From: a virus
Taxonomy: Duplodnaviria > Caudoviricetes
Length of the DNA stretch: 64,000 nt
Virus record (IMG/VR): IMGVR_UViG_3300033120_000804
Coordinates: 1-64,000 of that record
Direction: 5' to 3' (one strand)
Both the position numbers and the translations under genes were made by a program. The notes under the pieces were generated by a model that saw only the letters and a program-made list of their open reading frames with translations, ran no database searches and was not told the origin of the DNA. Below are positions 60,447-64,000 of this stretch, one piece after another (the stretch's first letter is position 1; every line of letters starts with the position of its first letter).

Positions 60447-60474
60447 AAAAAAGGAAGACTTTTACATCTTCCTT
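60447..60474 (-). terminator. intrinsic terminator immediately upstream of polA
   Basis: AAGGAAGAT-GTAAAA-GTCTTCCTT followed by TTTT on the - strand. Confidence 0.65.
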
Positions 60475-60480
60475 ATAATG

Positions 60481-60639
60481 TTAATAATATTTCTTACTAT
60501 TATCTGTATAAATAATAGTAATTTTAGTTTCCTTTCTATTAAGGCTTACTTTTTTAACTTTCTTTGGTTGTTTCTGAACTTCTACATAATTAAATGATAA
60601 TGTACATAAGCTTAGACTAAACACTAATAAAATTTTCAT
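60481..60639 (-). CDS. small secreted/membrane protein (52 aa, not in the ORF track)
   Basis: MKILLVFSLSLCTLSF signal-like N-terminus. Confidence 0.45.
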   Translation of the reverse strand: MKILLVFSLSLCTLSFNYVEVQKQPKKVKKVSLNRKETKITIIYTDNSKKYY

Positions 60640-60810
60640 AATATTGAATTTAATTGAATTTATATTTTAATTTATTTTCTAAATTTTATTAAATAACAAT
60701 AGGAAGCAGTATAGATACTTCCTATCACCTAACTTTACTAATTAACCAATACAAAATATGCAAACGTATATGAAATAATAATAATCTATACTTATTATTA
60801 AGATTTTTAT

Positions 60811-61017
60811 TTAATGTTTATCACTAAATAATCTAGATCTAACAGCAGCATCTTTAGCTTCAAGAAGTTTTCTTAATGTTACTTCTTTTTCACTATTTTC
60901 TATGTGTGTGTTATTAATTTCTTCTGCCAATAAACAGAATGTTTTTGATGTTTCTTTTAAGTTTGGAGGTAAATGCTCATACTTAAAATAATCCATAATA
61001 GAATCTTCATTACTCAT
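60811..61017 (-). CDS. small helical-hairpin protein
   Basis: YF.YEHLP..L...SK.F..LA and EK...LRKLLEAKDAAVR. Confidence 0.6.
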   Translation of the reverse strand: MSNEDSIMDYFKYEHLPPNLKETSKTFCLLAEEINNTHIENSEKEVTLRKLLEAKDAAVRSRLFSDKH

Positions 61018-61027
61018 AATTAATTTT

Positions 61028-61441
61028 TTAAACTGTTCTATGAATTACTGCTGGCCCAGTCATAAACCAAGGTTCTCCACCGCCAGGAGCTGATATTGAA
61101 TTACAATCTCTCCACTCCCAAAAACCTGTAGAAAGATTAATAGTTAAATCTCCAATTTTAAAAAACATTTCTCCTTTTCTATCAGCTTCCTGAAGATCCT
61201 TACAAGTTTCATAACCTTGTTCACCAGTAAGTTCAAGTCTGACTCCAGTGTCTTTGTTTTTTAATTGAAACCAATAATCTTTTCTTTTCTTAAGATCTTC
61301 TCCAATTTTCCAGTTTTCAATATCAGATTCATTAATACTAATGATTCCTCCTTCATCAGGAATTTTCATCCCTTGATCTACTAATGAGATACAATACAGA
61401 CCAAATAGTACCATATCTTTTTTGTTAAATGTTGTTACCAT
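61028..61441 (-). CDS. hypothetical protein
   Basis: MVTTFNKKD.V.FG.Y...D.ENW N-terminal domain. Confidence 0.55.
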   Translation of the reverse strand: MVTTFNKKDMVLFGLYCISLVDQGMKIPDEGGIISINESDIENWKIGEDLKKRKDYWFQLKNKDTGVRLELTGEQGYETCKDLQEADRKGEMFFKIGDLTINLSTGFWEWRDCNSISAPGGGEPWFMTGPAVIHRTV

Positions 61442-61507
61442 CTTCTTTATTTTTCATGGATTAACAAACTTGCTTACTCTAATCAAGGATTTTCAGCTTT
61501 CTCCTTG

Positions 61508-61579
61508 TGGTCCCTCAGAGAATCGAACTCTGGATCTAAAATTTATGAGATTTTTGCTTTACCCCTAAGCTAAGAGACC
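61508..61579 (-). tRNA. tRNA with CAT anticodon (Ile2 more likely than Met)
   Basis: GGTCTCT/AGGGACC acceptor, GCTT/AAGC D stem, AAAAT-CTCATAA-ATTTT anticodon arm, CAGAG-TTCGATT-CTCTG T arm; CCA not encoded. Confidence 0.9.
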
Positions 61580-61588
61580 TGCCTTTAA

Positions 61589-62026
61589 TTACAAAGATTC
61601 TACTTCTTTATAAAGTTTATTATTAACAGTAATTAACCCTCCTTTATAATAAGTAATTGAATTACTTACAGTATGTTTAGATTCTTTTACTGCAAAAGAC
61701 ATTTCTTCTTTAACTTGTTTAAGTTTCTTAGTTTTATAAGGCCCCCTTCTAGCTTTAGGATTTCTAGACTCAAGTTTAGTAGCACTTTTCTTTTGTAATT
61801 TCTCAAACTCAATTGCTGTAACTCCTCTATATTTTGAATTAGATCCAGTCCCACTTAAAACAACTAAATAACCTTGTTTTACTAGCTCTCTTGTATAAGC
61901 ACCAATAGAATGGTACGTTCTCTTGAAAATATCTGCTAATTCTTGATTAGATTTTCCTTCAATTTTTAGTTTGATAAATTTGGCTCTATCTGGTAGAGTC
62001 CAATGTGTAAAATGATTATCTGCCAT
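61589..62026 (-). CDS. HTH DNA-binding protein
   Basis: WT......L...GKSNQELADIFKRT..SI. Confidence 0.6.
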   Translation of the reverse strand: MADNHFTHWTLPDRAKFIKLKIEGKSNQELADIFKRTYHSIGAYTRELVKQGYLVVLSGTGSNSKYRGVTAIEFEKLQKKSATKLESRNPKARRGPYKTKKLKQVKEEMSFAVKESKHTVSNSITYYKGGLITVNNKLYKEVESL

Positions 62027-62027
62027 T

Positions 62028-62276
62028 TTATGTTGTTTTAATTAAACTTCTAAGTTCTTCTGCTTTTTCTAAATACCATTGAGACTTTTTTATATCTAAT
62101 CCCATTGGTTGACCTGGTTTAGATCCTAATCTCATTTTGTATTTAAAAGCTGTTATTTCACAATGAGTAATTACTGCTTCTATTCCCCAGATCTTAATCA
62201 TCATATCAATAGTTTCCATTTGAAATTGTTTATAATGATCTGGGTTTACAAAATCATAATGTACGTTCTCTGACAT
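62028..62276 (-). CDS. DUF3310 / T7 gp1.7-like nucleotide kinase
   Basis: VNP.HY....ETID, FKY..R.G.K and D..K..WYL. Confidence 0.75.
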   Translation of the reverse strand: MSENVHYDFVNPDHYKQFQMETIDMMIKIWGIEAVITHCEITAFKYKMRLGSKPGQPMGLDIKKSQWYLEKAEELRSLIKTT

Positions 62277-62538
62277 AATTTACTTTATTAATATATTTCC
62301 AAATTTCAAAATTCAGAAAAGGTTTACTACCTAAATTATTACTGGATTTTTTCAAAGCTTTTAATTTAACTTTGTCTTCTTCTGATTTTTGAAATTCAGA
62401 TCTATTTAATACTAAAGCAGGTTTAATAAGATTATTTTTTTCTAAAACTTCTTGTTTTGTTATAGTATCAGATACTAGATCATTAATACTACTATTTTTA
62501 TTTAAAGGTTTATTTTTAAACTGTTGTTTTATCTTCAT
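62254..62538 (-). CDS. hypothetical protein
   Basis: 94-aa ORF. Confidence 0.45.
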   Translation of the reverse strand: MKIKQQFKNKPLNKNSSINDLVSDTITKQEVLEKNNLIKPALVLNRSEFQKSEEDKVKLKALKKSSNNLGSKPFLNFEIWKYINKVNYVRERTL

Positions 62539-62846
62539 TAATTGTAGATTTCTATGTTATTAGTTTTAAACTTTACTTTGTTATTACTTAGATAAAGATA
62601 CTCTCCATTTAATTTAAATAAAAATAGACTATTACTTTTACCTGAATTAAAATCATCGTAGTAAAAATTTATAGTGAAACCTGCTCCATTTATATTATAA
62701 GATTTATCTTTTTTATTTATTTTAATTGTACAATTCTTAATTGTATCCTTTTCAAAGATTATAGTTGAATTACTATATTCTAAATACTCTTGACTAAATG
62801 TAATATTACTAATTAAAGTAAACATTACTAATATTAAATTTTTCAT
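62538..62846 (-). CDS. secreted protein
   Basis: Bacteroidota-style signal peptide ending TFS|Q. Confidence 0.55.
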   Translation of the reverse strand: MKNLILVMFTLISNITFSQEYLEYSNSTIIFEKDTIKNCTIKINKKDKSYNINGAGFTINFYYDDFNSGKSNSLFLFKLNGEYLYLSNNKVKFKTNNIEIYN

Positions 62847-63005
62847 AATTAATTGATTAAGTTATCTACTATATATGCGCATAATATACCAAATAGTATT
62901 GATATTAAACATCTAAATTCAAAAGAATAATTGATTAACAAAGTCATTAAAATAGGATGTAAAATTAAAACTACAATTATGAACACCAATAAAAATATAG
63001 TTAAT

Positions 63006-63407
63006 TTAGTCATCCTGATAAATAATTAGACAGTTAAGTTCTTCAGCATTTTGAATTTTCCAAAAATTCTCTTTAGATAAATATTTTTCAAGAATATCAT
63101 CACATACAAATACTTCATACATTTTTGATTCTTGCTTTTTATTACTACTATAGGCAGTAAAAATTAGAAAGTTTTTCTTAGTTCTTTTAACTGAAAATCC
63201 TGTCTCATATTCTACTATTTTAATTTTTTTAATAGTGTTAAGAAATCTTTTACTATTAAATCTAAGACTTTTCTCTTTTAAATTAGTTAAATTAATAAAA
63301 TAGAGTTTACCTACTTTATAAAATCTAAATTTGTTTTTAGAAAAAAATCTTAGATTTAAACATTGAATTAATACCACTCCTAGTATTATAATAATTGCTA
63401 TTATCAT
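63006..63407 (-). CDS. membrane-anchored hypothetical protein
   Basis: N-terminal transmembrane segment. Confidence 0.5.
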   Translation of the reverse strand: MIIAIIIILGVVLIQCLNLRFFSKNKFRFYKVGKLYFINLTNLKEKSLRFNSKRFLNTIKKIKIVEYETGFSVKRTKKNFLIFTAYSSNKKQESKMYEVFVCDDILEKYLSKENFWKIQNAEELNCLIIYQDD

Positions 63408-63437
63408 TTTTTATTTGTTAAGCTTAGTTAGTAATTT

Positions 63438-63956
63438 TTAGTAAGTTTGGTAATTAGCATTTTTTTTAATTGGTTTATTTTCATATTTTATCCAAAAAGA
63501 ATTTTCAAAATAGTTAGCATCCCATTTTATTTTTCTAGAAGGCTCTAAAAATAATTCATTGCCATTATAAGTCATTTGGGAATTATAATAATTTTCATTC
63601 ATTATAAAATGAACATTATTATTGAATTCTACTTTAATATAAAATCTGCCATTACAATCTTTAATCTCTTGTCTTATGTAATTTAATACTACAGATGAGC
63701 TATAATAAGGAATCTCATCTTCTATAAATATCTCTGAGTAAACTAAATCAGATAAATTAATTATAGTGTCAGGAATTTGTTTATTATATCTATAAATTGA
63801 TAATGCTCCTTGAGTTTTTGCACTAAAAATAAAATTTACTTTAACTTCATCTTGAATGGTTTTTTCAAGTTTTTCTAAAAGAATTTCTCTAGAATCTACT
63901 TTTTTATTACAAGAGTAAGCTATTACTCCTAATAAAATAATCATAATTGTTTTCAT
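63438..63956 (-). CDS. putative lipoprotein
   Basis: MKTIMIILLGVIAYS-C lipobox-like signal. Confidence 0.55.
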   Translation of the reverse strand: MKTIMIILLGVIAYSCNKKVDSREILLEKLEKTIQDEVKVNFIFSAKTQGALSIYRYNKQIPDTIINLSDLVYSEIFIEDEIPYYSSSVVLNYIRQEIKDCNGRFYIKVEFNNNVHFIMNENYYNSQMTYNGNELFLEPSRKIKWDANYFENSFWIKYENKPIKKNANYQTY

Positions 63957-64000
63957 AATTTCTATTTTAAAGGTTGTCTAAATCCAGAATACTATCTATT

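Noticed and set aside
60442-60810. CRISPR array or replication origin in the AT-rich gap
   Set aside because: No regularly spaced repeats or iterons. It holds a small ORF and two hairpins, the second at about 60699-60725.
61459-61507. tRNA-associated HDV-like (theta) ribozyme
   Set aside because: The first stem's loop is too short to hold P2/P3, and I could not build the nested double pseudoknot.
1-64000. Stop-codon reassignment as in some Crassvirales
   Set aside because: Giant genes are intact under code 11, TAG and TGA end genes at sensible positions, and no suppressor tRNA is visible.

Overview
This window is about 64 kb of an AT-rich crAss-like (Crassvirales-type) phage, probably infecting a Bacteroidota/Flavobacteriia host, as suggested by TAnnTTTG promoter boxes next to start codons. 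It uses the standard genetic code. The + strand (1-35000) carries the virion module: head/ring proteins, tail hub and fibre genes, lysis genes, tail tube and muzzle, cargo proteins and a split virion RNA polymerase (DFDID). The - strand (35064-64000) carries the replication, nucleotide and early module: intein-containing NrdA, exonuclease, RusA-like resolvase, primase, SSB-like protein, Sak4-like ATPase, DnaB-like helicase, a MoxR/VWA cluster, ThyX, PolA and one tRNA(CAT). The two halves converge on a bidirectional terminator. Mobile elements are two group I introns with homing endonucleases, one intein and a free-standing His-Me endonuclease. The two most striking observations are as follows. 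(1) A repeated pair of Cys-bearing terminal modules sits at each junction of the giant ejected proteins, and one copy lies inside the split RNA polymerase. (2) A diversity-generating retroelement has a 62-nt TR/VR pair with 18 mismatches, all at TR adenines, and its reverse transcriptase survives only as two end fragments flanking an inverted endonuclease gene. Family assignments come from motif recognition and gene order, not from database searches.
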